In this document: one piece after another, positions 1 to 10,098 of the stretch
How positions within the stretch are numbered: position 1 is the first letter of the stretch
How the letters are laid out: each line of letters opens with the position of its first letter
From: Syntrophaceae bacterium UBA2280
Lineage (GTDB): Bacteria; Desulfobacterota; Syntrophia; Syntrophales; Smithellaceae
DNA: 64,000 nt
Reading direction: 5' to 3'
Assembly: GCA_002347685.1 (NCBI GenBank)
Contig: DDWS01000001.1
Location: forward strand, 18,641 to 82,640
Notes under the pieces: generated by a model
The model's database searches: none
Told to the model about the DNA's origin: nothing
The model's input: only the letters and a program-made list of their open reading frames with translations
Position numbers and translations under genes: made by a program

Positions 1-713
1 TCAAGGGCAAAGCGCGGATCACTTTCAACAGCCTTTTTCACCGCATCAAAGGCATCGGGACTGCGCAGTTTGAAAATCAGCGAGGAATAAACCGGCCGGC
101 GGAAAGCCTGCATGACCTGATCGACATCCCCCCAGATCTCCGAACCAAACCCCGTGTTGCCCGCATCAAAAATGCCGACGACTGTCCAGGTGCGCGCGCC
201 CCAGCTCAAGGTCTGCTGCAACCCCACGCCCTGGAAGCGCTTCGCGATGCTGTTGCCGACAATGACCTCCGACGAACCCATCCGCAGCATACGGCCCGCC
301 ACCAGCTTCACCTGGGGACGCAGTGGCAGGGATTCGGCCCCAATCCCGCGCACCAGAACATTGGAATGACTGGAGGCCTGCTTTTCACCTCTTTTTTTAA
401 GAGCGATGAGCACGACCGATTCCCTGGCCAGCATCGGCTGCCCGCGGTTACCGGCAGCCACCTGGGGCAGCATCTCGACGATCGAGGCGGAGTTGCGCTC
501 AATGCTGCTCATCACTTCGGAAGAGGACCCCTTGCGAACCACCACTACGTTATGGGGCGAACCGGTTTCCACCAGCGTTTTTTGCAGGCCTGCGGCCATC
601 ATGAGCACAGCGGCAAAAACAAACACCACCAATGCCATACCGGCTACCGTTAAAATCGTGGTCAGGCGGCGCTTCCAGAGATTGCGAAAACTGTAGGACA
701 CAGGCACCGTCAT
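1..713 (-). CDS. ABC transporter permease, MacB/FtsX type (only the N-terminal part lies in the window)
   Basis: Absent from the ORF track because it leaves the window. Reverse translation from the ATG at 711-713 gives MTVPVSYSFRNLWKRRLTTILTVAGMALVVFVFAAVLMMAAGL..., an N-terminal TM helix plus periplasmic domain. ATGA start/stop overlap with the upstream permease gene. Confidence 0.75.
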   Translation of the reverse strand, partial: MTVPVSYSFRNLWKRRLTTILTVAGMALVVFVFAAVLMMAAGLQKTLVETGSPHNVVVVRKGSSSEVMSSIERNSASIVEMLPQVAAGNRGQPMLARESVVLIALKKRGEKQASSHSNVLVRGIGAESLPLRPQVKLVAGRMLRMGSSEVIVGNSIAKRFQGVGLQQTLSWGARTWTVVGIFDAGNTGFGSEIWGDVDQVMQAFRRPVYSSLIFKLRSPDAFDAVKKAVESDPRFAL

Positions 714-1870
714 CAGCCGATCCTCCTTAGCCCGTCGGCAATGCGGATCCGAATTGCGTAACGGGCAGGAATAACCGCCGCGAGAAATGCGATGATAAGC
801 GCGGCGGCCACATCCAGATAAATCGTTTCGGCGGAAACCAGAAAAACGGGGAAATACGTCGCCAGCTTTTTCCCGAAGATGCCGGCTGCGGGAAAGGTCA
901 GGAGGATCCCGATGAGGCAACCGGTAAGCGAGATGACCACAGCTTCCCCGAAAATCAGAATGGAGATGTCCTTCGCGCCGAATCCCAGCGTTTTCATGAT
1001 CGCATAATCGCCGGTGCGTTCGCGCGTGGTCATGGCCATCGTATTGGCCACCACCGCCATAATGATGAAGATGACGATAAACGACACCATCTGAATGGCG
1101 GCGACAATCGCCTCGCTCATGGCGATGAATCCCAGATTGAAGGCTTTTTCCGTTTCCGTAAGCGTTTCGGCCAGCGAGTTTTTGAAAGCCTTATCGATGG
1201 CCATTGCCGTATCGGCGGCAATATCCGGCCGCGTCACACCGACCATATAAAAACCGGCCTGATCGGCATAGCCCGGCGCCGCTTTTTTCACCGCTTCATT
1301 GAGATACGTCCAGTGAAAGAAAAACTGTGTTTCGTCGATCGTCTGGTCGCGGCCTGTATAAATCGCCCTGAGGACGAAATCCCAGTCCCCGGGATAGATG
1401 GTCCCCCGGAGCGTAATTGTATCACCGATGACCCAGCCGTACTTCTGTGCAAGCTTCCGGCCCGCCACCGCGCCCTTGCGGTCGGTCAAAAAAGCTTTTT
1501 TTTCCTGTTCGTCCAAAACAAATTCAGAGTAGAGGTCAAAGTAGGTACGGGGATCCACGCAGAAATTCGGAAAGAAGTTTTTTTCATCAATATAAATGCC
1601 GCCAAACCAATTGCCCCAGGAAACCATCCTGACACCGTCCACCTGCCGTATTTTTTCCGCGTAGGAAATGGGCAGCGTGAAGATGATGGAGATGGCGTTG
1701 CGCGTAACCAGGCGCGTGGTGGATGCCGATTCCACGCTCGCATAAAAGGAGCTGACAACCGTTCGTAAAAGACCGAAGGCGAGAATAGCCACCGCAATGC
1801 CCAAGATGGTGAGCGCACTGCGCAGCTTGCTGTGGAAAGCATTTCTAAAGAGGATTTTCAGAAGCATCAT
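713..1870 (-). CDS. ABC transporter permease, MacB/FtsX type
   Basis: Track ORF 713..1924 with an FtsX-like C-terminal TM bundle (RERTGDYAIMKTLGFGAKDI). I prefer the ATGATG start at 1870, preceded by AAGGGG. The longer GTG start would overlap the ATPase gene by 80 nt. Confidence 0.8.
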   Translation of the reverse strand: MMLLKILFRNAFHSKLRSALTILGIAVAILAFGLLRTVVSSFYASVESASTTRLVTRNAISIIFTLPISYAEKIRQVDGVRMVSWGNWFGGIYIDEKNFFPNFCVDPRTYFDLYSEFVLDEQEKKAFLTDRKGAVAGRKLAQKYGWVIGDTITLRGTIYPGDWDFVLRAIYTGRDQTIDETQFFFHWTYLNEAVKKAAPGYADQAGFYMVGVTRPDIAADTAMAIDKAFKNSLAETLTETEKAFNLGFIAMSEAIVAAIQMVSFIVIFIIMAVVANTMAMTTRERTGDYAIMKTLGFGAKDISILIFGEAVVISLTGCLIGILLTFPAAGIFGKKLATYFPVFLVSAETIYLDVAAALIIAFLAAVIPARYAIRIRIADGLRRIG

Positions 1871-2552
1871 CGTTGAGATACCCCTTATCCAGATGCCTAA
1901 GCGAATGCGCACGTGCTGCGGCACGAGGATCGTGCGTGACCATGATAATTGTTTTGCCCATATCCTGATTGAGACGCTCCATCATCGAGAGGATTTCTTC
2001 GGCGGAGACGCGGTCGAGATCGCCTGTCGGTTCGTCGGCCACCAGGATCGTCGGGTCCGTGACAATGGCGCGGGCGATGGCCACGCGCTGTTGTTCGCCG
2101 CCGGACATTTCGCCGGGATAATGGTCCATCCGGTGACTCAAGCCCACCATCGACAAAGCTGTTTCGGCGTGTTCGCGGCGGGCTTTCTTGGACAGCGACG
2201 TCAGATGCAGCGGCAGCTCGACGTTTTCCAAGGCCTTGAGCACCGGGATCAGATTATAGAACTGAAAGATGAAGCCCACGGAATTGGCCCGCCATGCGGC
2301 CAGTTCGGTTTCGGATAAATTCGTGATGTCGACATCGCCTACGAGGATGATGCCTTCGTCGGCCTTGTCAATGCCCGCGATCAGATTCAGAAGCGTTGTC
2401 TTTCCGGAACCGGAAGGCCCCATCAGTGCCAGGAACTCGCCTTCGGCAATGTCGAAGGTGATATCATAGAGCACGGGAACCACCAGGTTTTCCCGGTGAT
2501 AACACTTGTAAAGATGCTTGATTTCGACAATCGGCTTTCTTTTTTCAGTCAT
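1845..2552 (-). CDS. ABC transporter ATP-binding protein (MacB/LolD-like)
   Basis: Walker A GPSGSGKT, signature SGGEQQR, Walker B ILVADEPT. First gene of a three-gene minus-strand operon. Confidence 0.92.
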   Translation of the reverse strand: MTEKRKPIVEIKHLYKCYHRENLVVPVLYDITFDIAEGEFLALMGPSGSGKTTLLNLIAGIDKADEGIILVGDVDITNLSETELAAWRANSVGFIFQFYNLIPVLKALENVELPLHLTSLSKKARREHAETALSMVGLSHRMDHYPGEMSGGEQQRVAIARAIVTDPTILVADEPTGDLDRVSAEEILSMMERLNQDMGKTIIMVTHDPRAAARAHSLRHLDKGYLNDDASENPL

Positions 2553-2694
2553 AGTTCGCGTATTGAAGACGTTTCACCGCTCAACGGACAGCCAGTGACG
2601 CGGGCAATTACCCGGATGATTTAAAAAAACAGTAAAGCAAATCAACCGGCAAGTCAATATGGATTCATCCTCTACGGGCGGACAAAATTATTTC

Positions 2695-2746
2695 TTGACA
2701 TCCTCCTTAAACTATTTAACTATTCGGTTAAACTGTTCGGTTAAAT
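2695..2746 (+). promoter_or_regulatory. Candidate promoter and TetR operator region upstream of the TetR-HlyD-ABC operon
   Basis: TTGACA at 2695-2700. Downstream palindrome TTAAC-N6-GTTAA (2716-2731) and direct repeat TTCGGTTAAA x2 (2723-2732, 2735-2744). Confidence 0.35.
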
Positions 2747-2808
2747 CAGAAATCCGACAGGCCCTTTGCGGCATGGACTAAAAAAACGGTCAGTATCGGG
2801 GAGAAACA

Positions 2809-3456
2809 TTGAAAAAGAGGAACACACATCCGGACAAACCCGATAATACAGCGGACAAGATTCTGAAGGCGGCACGTGCCGTGTTTGCTCAAAACGGCTA
2901 CAGCGGGACGCATATGGATGAAATCGCGCGCCGGGCGGGTGTCAACAAGGCCACGCTATACTACCAGATCGGCGACAAAGACACGCTTTATGCCAACGTC
3001 ATCCATCAGGTTTTAGGCAATATCGCACAGGGTATTGCCGAAACCGTGGCACAAGCGGAAAAACCGGAAGACAAGCTCCAGGCTTACATCAACTGCCTTG
3101 TGGCCGCCGTCGATAAAAACCCGGAAATGCCTTCGATCATGATGCGGGAAGTGGCCGCGGACGGCGCACATCTGCCGCAGGTTGTCGCCCATGACATTGC
3201 TTCGGTCCTGAGCGTTCTGATCAATGTCCTCGACGACGGCAGAAAGAAAGGGGTATTTACGGACACCACGCCTTTTCTGGTTCATTCCATGATCATGGGA
3301 ACGATTCTTTTTTATAAGAAGGTCTCTCCGATCAAAGACAGGCAGGCGTTTATCCCCGCTTCCCTGATAGCCAGGGACAGGAAACTCAAAGGGGATCTGG
3401 CCGTTGAGGTGGGGAAACTGGTTTTGAAGGCCATTGACAAGGAGCGATCATCTTGA
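2809..3456 (+). CDS. TetR/AcrR family transcriptional regulator
   Basis: N-terminal HTH ILKAARAVFAQNGYSGTHMDEIARRAGVNKATLYYQIGDKDTLY. TTG start with GGGGAGA upstream. Precedes an exporter operon, as in the cecR/ybhGFSR arrangement. Confidence 0.9.
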   Translation: MKKRNTHPDKPDNTADKILKAARAVFAQNGYSGTHMDEIARRAGVNKATLYYQIGDKDTLYANVIHQVLGNIAQGIAETVAQAEKPEDKLQAYINCLVAAVDKNPEMPSIMMREVAADGAHLPQVVAHDIASVLSVLINVLDDGRKKGVFTDTTPFLVHSMIMGTILFYKKVSPIKDRQAFIPASLIARDRKLKGDLAVEVGKLVLKAIDKERSS

Positions 3457-4466
3457 AGAAGAAAATCATCATTGTTGCCTTTGCAGTCCTGTTTGTGACA
3501 GTGGGTCTGTTTGTGTATTTCGGTCAGCATAAGCGAAACGGAAACGACCTGTTTTATTCCGGCACCATCGAAACCACACAGGCGAAGCTGTCCTTTCAGA
3601 TTCCGGGACGCGTCGCCACGGTGCATGTTCAGGAAGGCCAGGCTGTGGAGAAAAATCAGGTCGTCGCGTCACTCGACGGGGCGGAATTCGAAGCGCGCCT
3701 TGCACAGGCCCGGGCCAATTTTGAGCGCTCAAGGAAAGTGAAACTGCAGGCCGAGGCTACCTACTCGGTGATGCAAAAAACCCTGCCCGCGGAGGTAGAC
3801 CGCGCCCGGGCGGGACTGAAAAGTGCGCGCGATGTACTTGCCGACGCGCAAAGAAATTACCGCCGCTTTGAAGACCTTTTCGGCCAGGGCGTGGTAACGG
3901 AAAAGGAACGCGACACTTTGAGACTCCAATACGAAGTCGCACAGTCGCGTCTGGCCGAAAGCGAATCGCTTCTAAACCTCGCAAAGGGCAATCTCAGCCG
4001 TCTGGAGGCGGCCAGGCAGGATATCGCGGCGGCCGAGGCGCAGATTGATGTCGCAAAGGCCTCGGTTCAGCAATCAGAAATTCAGCTTGCCTACAGTGAA
4101 CTGATATCGCCGCAACAGGGTATCGTTACCAGCCGTAACATCGAACCGGGTGAGACGGTCAATGCCGGCCGCGAAGTCCTGACGATTTCGGACCTTTCGC
4201 GCGTGGATCTGAAAATCTACGTGGAGCAGACACAGATCGGCAGGATCCGGGCCGGACAATCCGCCCGGGTCAGTATCGACACGTTCCCGGACAGATTTTT
4301 TGAAGGCACGATTTCCTTTATCTCACCCGAAGGGGAATTCACACCGAAAATTATCCAGACGCAAAAAGAAAGGGTCAAGCTGGTCTATCTGGTCAAAGTG
4401 TCCATCCCCAATCCCGGCTTTGAACTGAAAGCCGGAATGCCCGCGGACGCGCGGCTGACCGAGTAA
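3453..4466 (+). CDS. HlyD-family membrane fusion / periplasmic adaptor protein
   Basis: N-terminal TM helix, long coiled-coil region and beta-barrel C-terminus. Start overlaps the TetR stop (TTGA). Confidence 0.85.
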   Translation: MKKKIIIVAFAVLFVTVGLFVYFGQHKRNGNDLFYSGTIETTQAKLSFQIPGRVATVHVQEGQAVEKNQVVASLDGAEFEARLAQARANFERSRKVKLQAEATYSVMQKTLPAEVDRARAGLKSARDVLADAQRNYRRFEDLFGQGVVTEKERDTLRLQYEVAQSRLAESESLLNLAKGNLSRLEAARQDIAAAEAQIDVAKASVQQSEIQLAYSELISPQQGIVTSRNIEPGETVNAGREVLTISDLSRVDLKIYVEQTQIGRIRAGQSARVSIDTFPDRFFEGTISFISPEGEFTPKIIQTQKERVKLVYLVKVSIPNPGFELKAGMPADARLTE

Positions 4467-4477
4467 CGGAGGTTCCC

Positions 4478-5251
4478 ATGACGGCCGCGCAGCAAGACAT
4501 TCCGCCGCAGGTCCGTGTCCAGAATGTTTCCCTGTTTTTCAAACAGGTGAAAGCGTTGAGCGATGTTTCTTTTGACGTGACCCGCGGCTGTATCTTTGGA
4601 CTGATCGGTTCCGACGGCGCCGGGAAATCCAGCATGCTGCGCCTGATGGCCGGCATGCTTAAGCCGTCGACAGGCGACATCTTCATCGAAGGGCTGCACA
4701 ATGTCCGCCAGCGCAAACAAATCAAACCCCTCATCGGTTATATGCCGCAGCGCTTCGGGCTGTATAGGGATTTGACGGTCGAGGAGAATATCGACTTCTT
4801 CATGGATGTTTTCGGTATTGCCCGCACCGAAAGGAAAAAACGCAAGGAAAAATACCTGGGGTTTTCCAACCTCCTGCCTTTTGTGAACCGTCCCGCGGGG
4901 AACCTCTCCGGCGGCATGAAGCAAAAGCTGGGGCTGGCCTGCGTATTGTCGCATGAGCCGAAGCTGCTGATTCTGGATGAGCCGACCAACGGGGTCGATC
5001 CGGTATCGCGCGGTGAGTTCTGGGAGATTCTGACGCAGATGCGGCAAGAAGGCATGACGCTGATCGTCTCTACCGCTTATCTGGATGAGGGCGAGAAATG
5101 CGACAGGCTGGCATTGATGCATGGGGGCGTCATCCTCCAGACAGCATCACCGGCAGTCATGAAAACGGGCCACGCGACGCTGGAGGCCGCGTTGATCGCG
5201 CGGATTCAAGAGGTGGACAGGGAGCTTGCCGATGACACATTCAGCCTCTGA
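4478..5251 (+). CDS. ABC transporter ATP-binding protein
   Basis: Walker A GSDGAGKS, signature LSGGMKQK, Walker B LLILDEPT. Confidence 0.92.
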   Translation: MTAAQQDIPPQVRVQNVSLFFKQVKALSDVSFDVTRGCIFGLIGSDGAGKSSMLRLMAGMLKPSTGDIFIEGLHNVRQRKQIKPLIGYMPQRFGLYRDLTVEENIDFFMDVFGIARTERKKRKEKYLGFSNLLPFVNRPAGNLSGGMKQKLGLACVLSHEPKLLILDEPTNGVDPVSRGEFWEILTQMRQEGMTLIVSTAYLDEGEKCDRLALMHGGVILQTASPAVMKTGHATLEAALIARIQEVDRELADDTFSL

Positions 5252-5987
5252 CGCCATTTCCGTGCAGGATCTGGAAAAAAAATTCGGCGATTTCGTCGCG
5301 GTCAACAAAATATCCTTCCGCGTTCTCAAGGGCGAAATTTTCGGGTTTCTGGGCGCGAACGGATCCGGAAAATCCACGACCATCCGGATGTTGTGCGGTA
5401 TTTTATCGCCCACCTCCGGAACAGCCAATGTGGCCGGCTATGATATTGTTTCCCGGCCCGAGGAGGTCAAGCACGCCATCGGGTACATGTCGCAGAAGTT
5501 TTCTCTGTATGAAGATTTAACCCCTTATGAAAACATCCGTTTTTACCTGGGTGTGTACAGTGTCCCTAAAAACAAGTGGCCGGACCGCATGGACTGGGTG
5601 TTAAATCTCACGCGGCTTAGCGATGTCAGAAACCGCATCACGGGCGAACTGCCGCCGGGTTGGCGCCAGCGCCTCGCGCTGGGCTGCGCGCTTTTGCATG
5701 AACCGCAGATACTTTTTCTCGACGAACCGACGTCCGGCGTCGATCCCATCACCCGGGGGCATTTTTGGGCATTCATCCGCCGGATCGCCGCCGACGGCAT
5801 CACCGTGTTTGTCACCACACACTACATGGATGAAGCGCGTTTCTGCGAACGCATCGTGATGATTAACGCGGGCAACATCGTCGCGTCCGGGACACCCTTT
5901 GAAATTATCGCCGCCGCCTGCCCCGAAAAACCGGACGCCGACCTCAACGACGCGTTTATCAAACTGATGGCAAGGGGCGCGCCATGA
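5226..5987 (+). CDS. ABC transporter ATP-binding protein (second ATPase)
   Basis: Walker A GANGSGKS, Walker B ILFLDEPTSGVD. Together with the previous gene it corresponds to a split two-domain YbhF-type ATPase. Confidence 0.9.
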   Translation: MPMTHSASDAISVQDLEKKFGDFVAVNKISFRVLKGEIFGFLGANGSGKSTTIRMLCGILSPTSGTANVAGYDIVSRPEEVKHAIGYMSQKFSLYEDLTPYENIRFYLGVYSVPKNKWPDRMDWVLNLTRLSDVRNRITGELPPGWRQRLALGCALLHEPQILFLDEPTSGVDPITRGHFWAFIRRIAADGITVFVTTHYMDEARFCERIVMINAGNIVASGTPFEIIAAACPEKPDADLNDAFIKLMARGAP

Positions 5988-7117
5988 ACCCGAAGCGTCT
6001 TTCAGCCGTCATCCGCAAGGAATTCTACCATATTATCCGCGACTATCGCAGCCTCTCTTTGGCCTTTGCCATTCCTCTTTTTCTGATCATCATGTTCGGC
6101 TACGCGCTGAGCCTGGATGTGGACCACGTCCGGACCGTTGTCGTTGACTACGACCGCTCACCTTCAAGCAGGGATTTTATCGAAAAGCTTTCCGCATCCG
6201 CGTATTTCGATCTGCTGGCGATCCTGGATTCCACCGATTCGGTCAATGAGTGGCTCGATGGCGACCGCGCGTCTGTGGCCGTCATCATCGCCCCCGGCTT
6301 TGCCGCAAACATCGGGGCTGAACGCGAGGCCATTGTGCAGATACTCGTTGACGGCAGCGATCCCGTTTTCGCAGGTGCCGTCCGCAGCTATCTCACGGCG
6401 TTTACCGAACACTACAACGCGCGTCTCCTTTTTAACTTTCTCAACCGCCAGGGTCTCGAAGCGATCCATCCACCCGTGGAAGGTCGGATTCGCATCTGGT
6501 TTAATGAAGATCTGGAAAGCCGCAATTTTATCATTCCGGGCATTATCGCCATCATTATCATGATTGTGGGCGCGATGCTCACATCGCTCGTCATCGCCAG
6601 AGAATATGAAGAGGGCACGATGGAAACGATCAAATCCATGCCGATCACCTCAGGCGAGATTCTTTTAGGCAAAGCCATCCCCTATTTCTTCATCGCGTTT
6701 GCCGACGTTCTGCTTGCCATGCTGCTGGGACAGGCGCTCTTCGGCGTGGTTATGAAAGGCAATTTCTGGCTGATGCTGGCCGGAACCTCCCTTTACCTGA
6801 TTTGCGCGCTTTCCCTGGGGCTGCTGATCTCCACCATCACCAAATCTCAGCTGATGGCCAACCAGGGGGCACTGCTGTTTACCTACCTGCCTTCGATGCT
6901 GCTTTCCAACTTTGTTTTTCCGATCGTCAATATGCCGCAGGTGCTCCAGTGGATCACGTATGCCGTTCCGGCGCGCTACTACATTGACATTCTCGTGGGC
7001 GTCTACCTTCGCGACACGGGACTGGCCTATCTTTGGCCGAGCCTCGCCGTTCTGGCCGGCATGGGCGCGTTTCTGACTGCCGTAAACTACCTGCTGCTCA
7101 GGAGGGAAGGCCTGTGA
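5984..7117 (+). CDS. ABC-2 type transporter permease
   Basis: N-terminal TM, large periplasmic loop and C-terminal multi-TM ABC-2 domain. ATGA overlap with the upstream gene. Confidence 0.88.
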   Translation: MNPKRLSAVIRKEFYHIIRDYRSLSLAFAIPLFLIIMFGYALSLDVDHVRTVVVDYDRSPSSRDFIEKLSASAYFDLLAILDSTDSVNEWLDGDRASVAVIIAPGFAANIGAEREAIVQILVDGSDPVFAGAVRSYLTAFTEHYNARLLFNFLNRQGLEAIHPPVEGRIRIWFNEDLESRNFIIPGIIAIIIMIVGAMLTSLVIAREYEEGTMETIKSMPITSGEILLGKAIPYFFIAFADVLLAMLLGQALFGVVMKGNFWLMLAGTSLYLICALSLGLLISTITKSQLMANQGALLFTYLPSMLLSNFVFPIVNMPQVLQWITYAVPARYYIDILVGVYLRDTGLAYLWPSLAVLAGMGAFLTAVNYLLLRREGL

Positions 7118-8235
7118 ACCTTTTGAGAATCCGCGAACTCGTGCGCAAGGAATTTCTCCAGTTGTTTCGGGACCGCCAAAACCGCGCCATGCTGATCGTC
7201 GCGCCGCTGATTCAGATGCTGGTGTTCGGCTATGTCGTCAACTACGACATCAGCCACATCCGGGTGGCGCTCGCGGATCATTCCCACACCGTGGAGAGCC
7301 GCGCACTGGCAGATACATTCACCGGCAGTAACATTTTCGAAATAACACATCGCGTCACCGATGAGCGTGCACTGGACGATCTGCTGCTGCGGGGCAGAAT
7401 CGATATGGCCATTAAGATCAATCCGGATTTCGCGCCAAGGATTCGCGAGGGAAAGACTGCTTCCATCCTGATTCTCGCGGACGGCTCGATGAGCAATATG
7501 GCATCCATGCGGATGGCCTACACAGCCAGCGTTATTGATACATTCAACCGGCGGATGCTTCGCGAGCTCTACCCGATGGAGATGAGCTACGGCCGGATCG
7601 ACGCGCGGATACGCACCTGGTACAACCCCAATATTGAAAGCCGTTATTTCTTTGTGCCGGGCATCGCGGCGTTCGTCATCATGCTGATTTCACTGCAACT
7701 GACGTCGATTGCCGTGATTCGTGAAAAAGAGGCGGGCACGATGGAACAGCTTCTGGTCACGCCGGTAAGGCCCTACGAAATGATTCTGGGGAAAACGATC
7801 CCCTATATCATCATCTCTCTGGTTCAGCTGACGGCTGTGATCATCGTCGCGATTTACTGGTTTGACATTCCACTGGCCGGAAGCATCCCTTTACTTTTTT
7901 TCACCGCCTGCCTGTTTCTGCTGAGCACCCTGGGCATCGGCCTTTTTATCTCGACGATCTCCTCCACTCAGCAGCAGGCCATGATGGCCATGTTTTTCTT
8001 TATGCTGCCGTTTTTTATGCTCAGCGGCTTTGTTTTTCCCATCTCCAATATGCCGCCGGTCATTCAATGGTTGACGTATCTCAATCCGCTGAGGTACTTT
8101 CTCGTCATTGTCCGGGGTGTCTTTCTCAAGGGCGTCGGTTTTGAGATGCTTTGGCCCCAGATCCTTGCGCTGACCGTTTTGGGAGGCATCGTCTTTGCCG
8201 GAGCAATTGCCCGCTTTAAAAAACGCCTGGATTAG
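7114..8235 (+). CDS. ABC-2 type transporter permease (paralog)
   Basis: Track ORF 7033..8235. The GTG at 7114 overlaps the upstream stop (GTGA) and gives VNLLRIRELVRKEF..., parallel to the N-terminus of the previous permease. Confidence 0.85.
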   Translation: MNLLRIRELVRKEFLQLFRDRQNRAMLIVAPLIQMLVFGYVVNYDISHIRVALADHSHTVESRALADTFTGSNIFEITHRVTDERALDDLLLRGRIDMAIKINPDFAPRIREGKTASILILADGSMSNMASMRMAYTASVIDTFNRRMLRELYPMEMSYGRIDARIRTWYNPNIESRYFFVPGIAAFVIMLISLQLTSIAVIREKEAGTMEQLLVTPVRPYEMILGKTIPYIIISLVQLTAVIIVAIYWFDIPLAGSIPLLFFTACLFLLSTLGIGLFISTISSTQQQAMMAMFFFMLPFFMLSGFVFPISNMPPVIQWLTYLNPLRYFLVIVRGVFLKGVGFEMLWPQILALTVLGGIVFAGAIARFKKRLD

Positions 8236-8289
8236 TATAAGTAAGGCTATGGGCTATGGGATATCGACCGGAGGCTGAAGGGGACTGAG

Positions 8290-9297
8290 ATGCTCAGGGT
8301 GATTGAGGACGAAAAACTGATCAGGAAATACGCCGGGCGGTTTGTTAAAAGCTTAAAGCGCCTGTCGGATGAAAAGATCCGGGTGAAACTGGGGCACCAG
8401 GGAGCAAGTTTTCAGGCCGGGGTTTTATGGTCAAAGAAACTGGGCATCTGGTTTTTTTCGCAAACGGTGAAAAATGTCCGCTATGCCAACGCCTTCGGCA
8501 TCGGCAAACCCCTGGAGGGAAGCCACCTGCCGATTACCGCCGAAATCAACTTCCCCGCAGGCGGCATTGACCGCAGAACCGGCGGGGCGTTTGCCCGCGA
8601 TCACCTGGACAACGTTTTTGCCGTTCACCGCGGCGTGATCGGCGGCGGAAGGAAGGGCATCGGCAAATCGTTTTTTGAGGAAAACCATCGAGGTGTCTGG
8701 TCGGAAATGGAAGACGCCGGCGTCATCAGCCGGGTTGCCGTCATCGGCGCGCTGACCTCCAGCCGCTTTCCCTTGCAGGCTGCCTTGTTTATCCGAAAAA
8801 TCGAGCAGTTGAAAGCCACTGTCGAAAGATCCTCACAAACCCGTTTCGATTTCCCTCAAACTGCCTTTCGGGAGGATCTTCTGGGCAGCCCCCCTCCTCC
8901 CGAGGCGGATGATTTATCCGCCCTGTGCGAGCGGGACCTGGTTGTTTGCCACCTGGCCTCGCTTCTGGCGCGCTGGAAATTTAAAGCGGGCAACGACATT
9001 CATCATGATCTTTTCATCATGGATGCATCCGAAAATAAAATGACTCATGTTTTCGCCGTTTCTGCCGATGGAAAAGAACAAAGCACGCTGGCGGCGGCGG
9101 GAAAACTTCTGTTACAGACGGCAAACACCCATGGAAAGCCTTCTGCCTTCCTGGTCGTCCCGGAGAATGCCGTCAACCGCATCACTCAGGATCTCGAAAA
9201 ACTGGCTGTCTGCACAATTGGTTTCCGGCTGGAGGAAGACAGAATCATTTTCCCGGATTTAGGGAAAATCAGGCTTGACCTAAATACACAGTTATGA
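8290..9297 (+). CDS. Hypothetical protein (335 aa), no family recognised
   Basis: Long ORF with core-like composition. No motif I can assign. Confidence 0.6.
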   Translation: MLRVIEDEKLIRKYAGRFVKSLKRLSDEKIRVKLGHQGASFQAGVLWSKKLGIWFFSQTVKNVRYANAFGIGKPLEGSHLPITAEINFPAGGIDRRTGGAFARDHLDNVFAVHRGVIGGGRKGIGKSFFEENHRGVWSEMEDAGVISRVAVIGALTSSRFPLQAALFIRKIEQLKATVERSSQTRFDFPQTAFREDLLGSPPPPEADDLSALCERDLVVCHLASLLARWKFKAGNDIHHDLFIMDASENKMTHVFAVSADGKEQSTLAAAGKLLLQTANTHGKPSAFLVVPENAVNRITQDLEKLAVCTIGFRLEEDRIIFPDLGKIRLDLNTQL

Positions 9298-9372
9298 AAA
9301 TATGACGAAAGACGTGAAACGGCCGGGTGACATCAAAGCAACTCATTTTCCGACACCGTCGAGGAATGAACC

Positions 9373-9726
9373 ATGATCGAAGAAAGAAGAAAAAGAACGA
9401 GAGTCCCTGTAGGTTTTGAGCTGACGGTGGTTGTTCAAGGCATGGAAATCAAGGTTCAGACGATCAACCTCAGTCTGACAGGCGTCAGTTTCTTCAGTGA
9501 CCATGCGTTTTTAGTTCAGGAGCCGTGCGAAGTGCATTTGAATCTACATCAGGATGTCAACCTGACCATTGAGGGCAGGGTCCTGCGTTCCTCCGGAAAT
9601 GAAATTATTGTTTCTTTTGTGTCGATGGATGAGGAATCCTTTTATCATCTCAAAAGGCTCATGCAGTTCAACGCGGCAAACCCCGATCAGATCGAAAAAG
9701 AAATCAATGACCCTGCTTTTTCATAA
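9373..9726 (+). CDS. PilZ domain protein (c-di-GMP receptor)
   Basis: RRKRTR (RxxxR) near the N-terminus and NLSLTG (D/NxSxxG) motif. Confidence 0.8.
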   Translation: MIEERRKRTRVPVGFELTVVVQGMEIKVQTINLSLTGVSFFSDHAFLVQEPCEVHLNLHQDVNLTIEGRVLRSSGNEIIVSFVSMDEESFYHLKRLMQFNAANPDQIEKEINDPAFS

Positions 9727-9795
9727 ATCACAGCGCCAGCAGCGCAGGGGGTTTCGACACAATCAGGCGCTAATCGAACATCACGACCAGGGAGT

Positions 9796-10098
9796 TTGAG
9801 TATGCCAAAATTTTCCGTCAATCAACTTGAGCCGGGCATGAAACTGGCTAAACCCGTTATGGCGAAAAACGGCATGGTCATGCTCGGGGAAGGCACGGAG
9901 CTTACGGAAATCTGGATTGAAAGAATTCAGGATATGGACATTCATACCGTCTTTATTGACGGCCCTACCGTTCAGACCCTGTCTATGGAAGAGGCGCTGT
10001 CCGCACTCGACGAGCGGTTCGCCCTGGTGGAAGACAAACCCTATATGAAGAATATCAAAAAAATTGTCAAACAGCATATTGAAGGCCTCTATGAGTAA
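9796..10098 (+). CDS. Small conserved protein resembling the N-terminal domain of HD-GYP proteins (DUF3391-like)
   Basis: LEPGMKLAKPVMAKNGMVMLGEGTELTE...IHTVFIDGP pattern. Translationally coupled to the HDOD gene. Confidence 0.55.
   Translation: MSMPKFSVNQLEPGMKLAKPVMAKNGMVMLGEGTELTEIWIERIQDMDIHTVFIDGPTVQTLSMEEALSALDERFALVEDKPYMKNIKKIVKQHIEGLYE

Noticed and set aside
4385-5122. 245-aa minus-strand ORF, plus 10067..10870, 12446..13204 and 22409..22936
   Set aside because: Each is antisense to a motif-supported plus-strand gene (ABC ATPase, HDOD, MgtE-like, crotonase).
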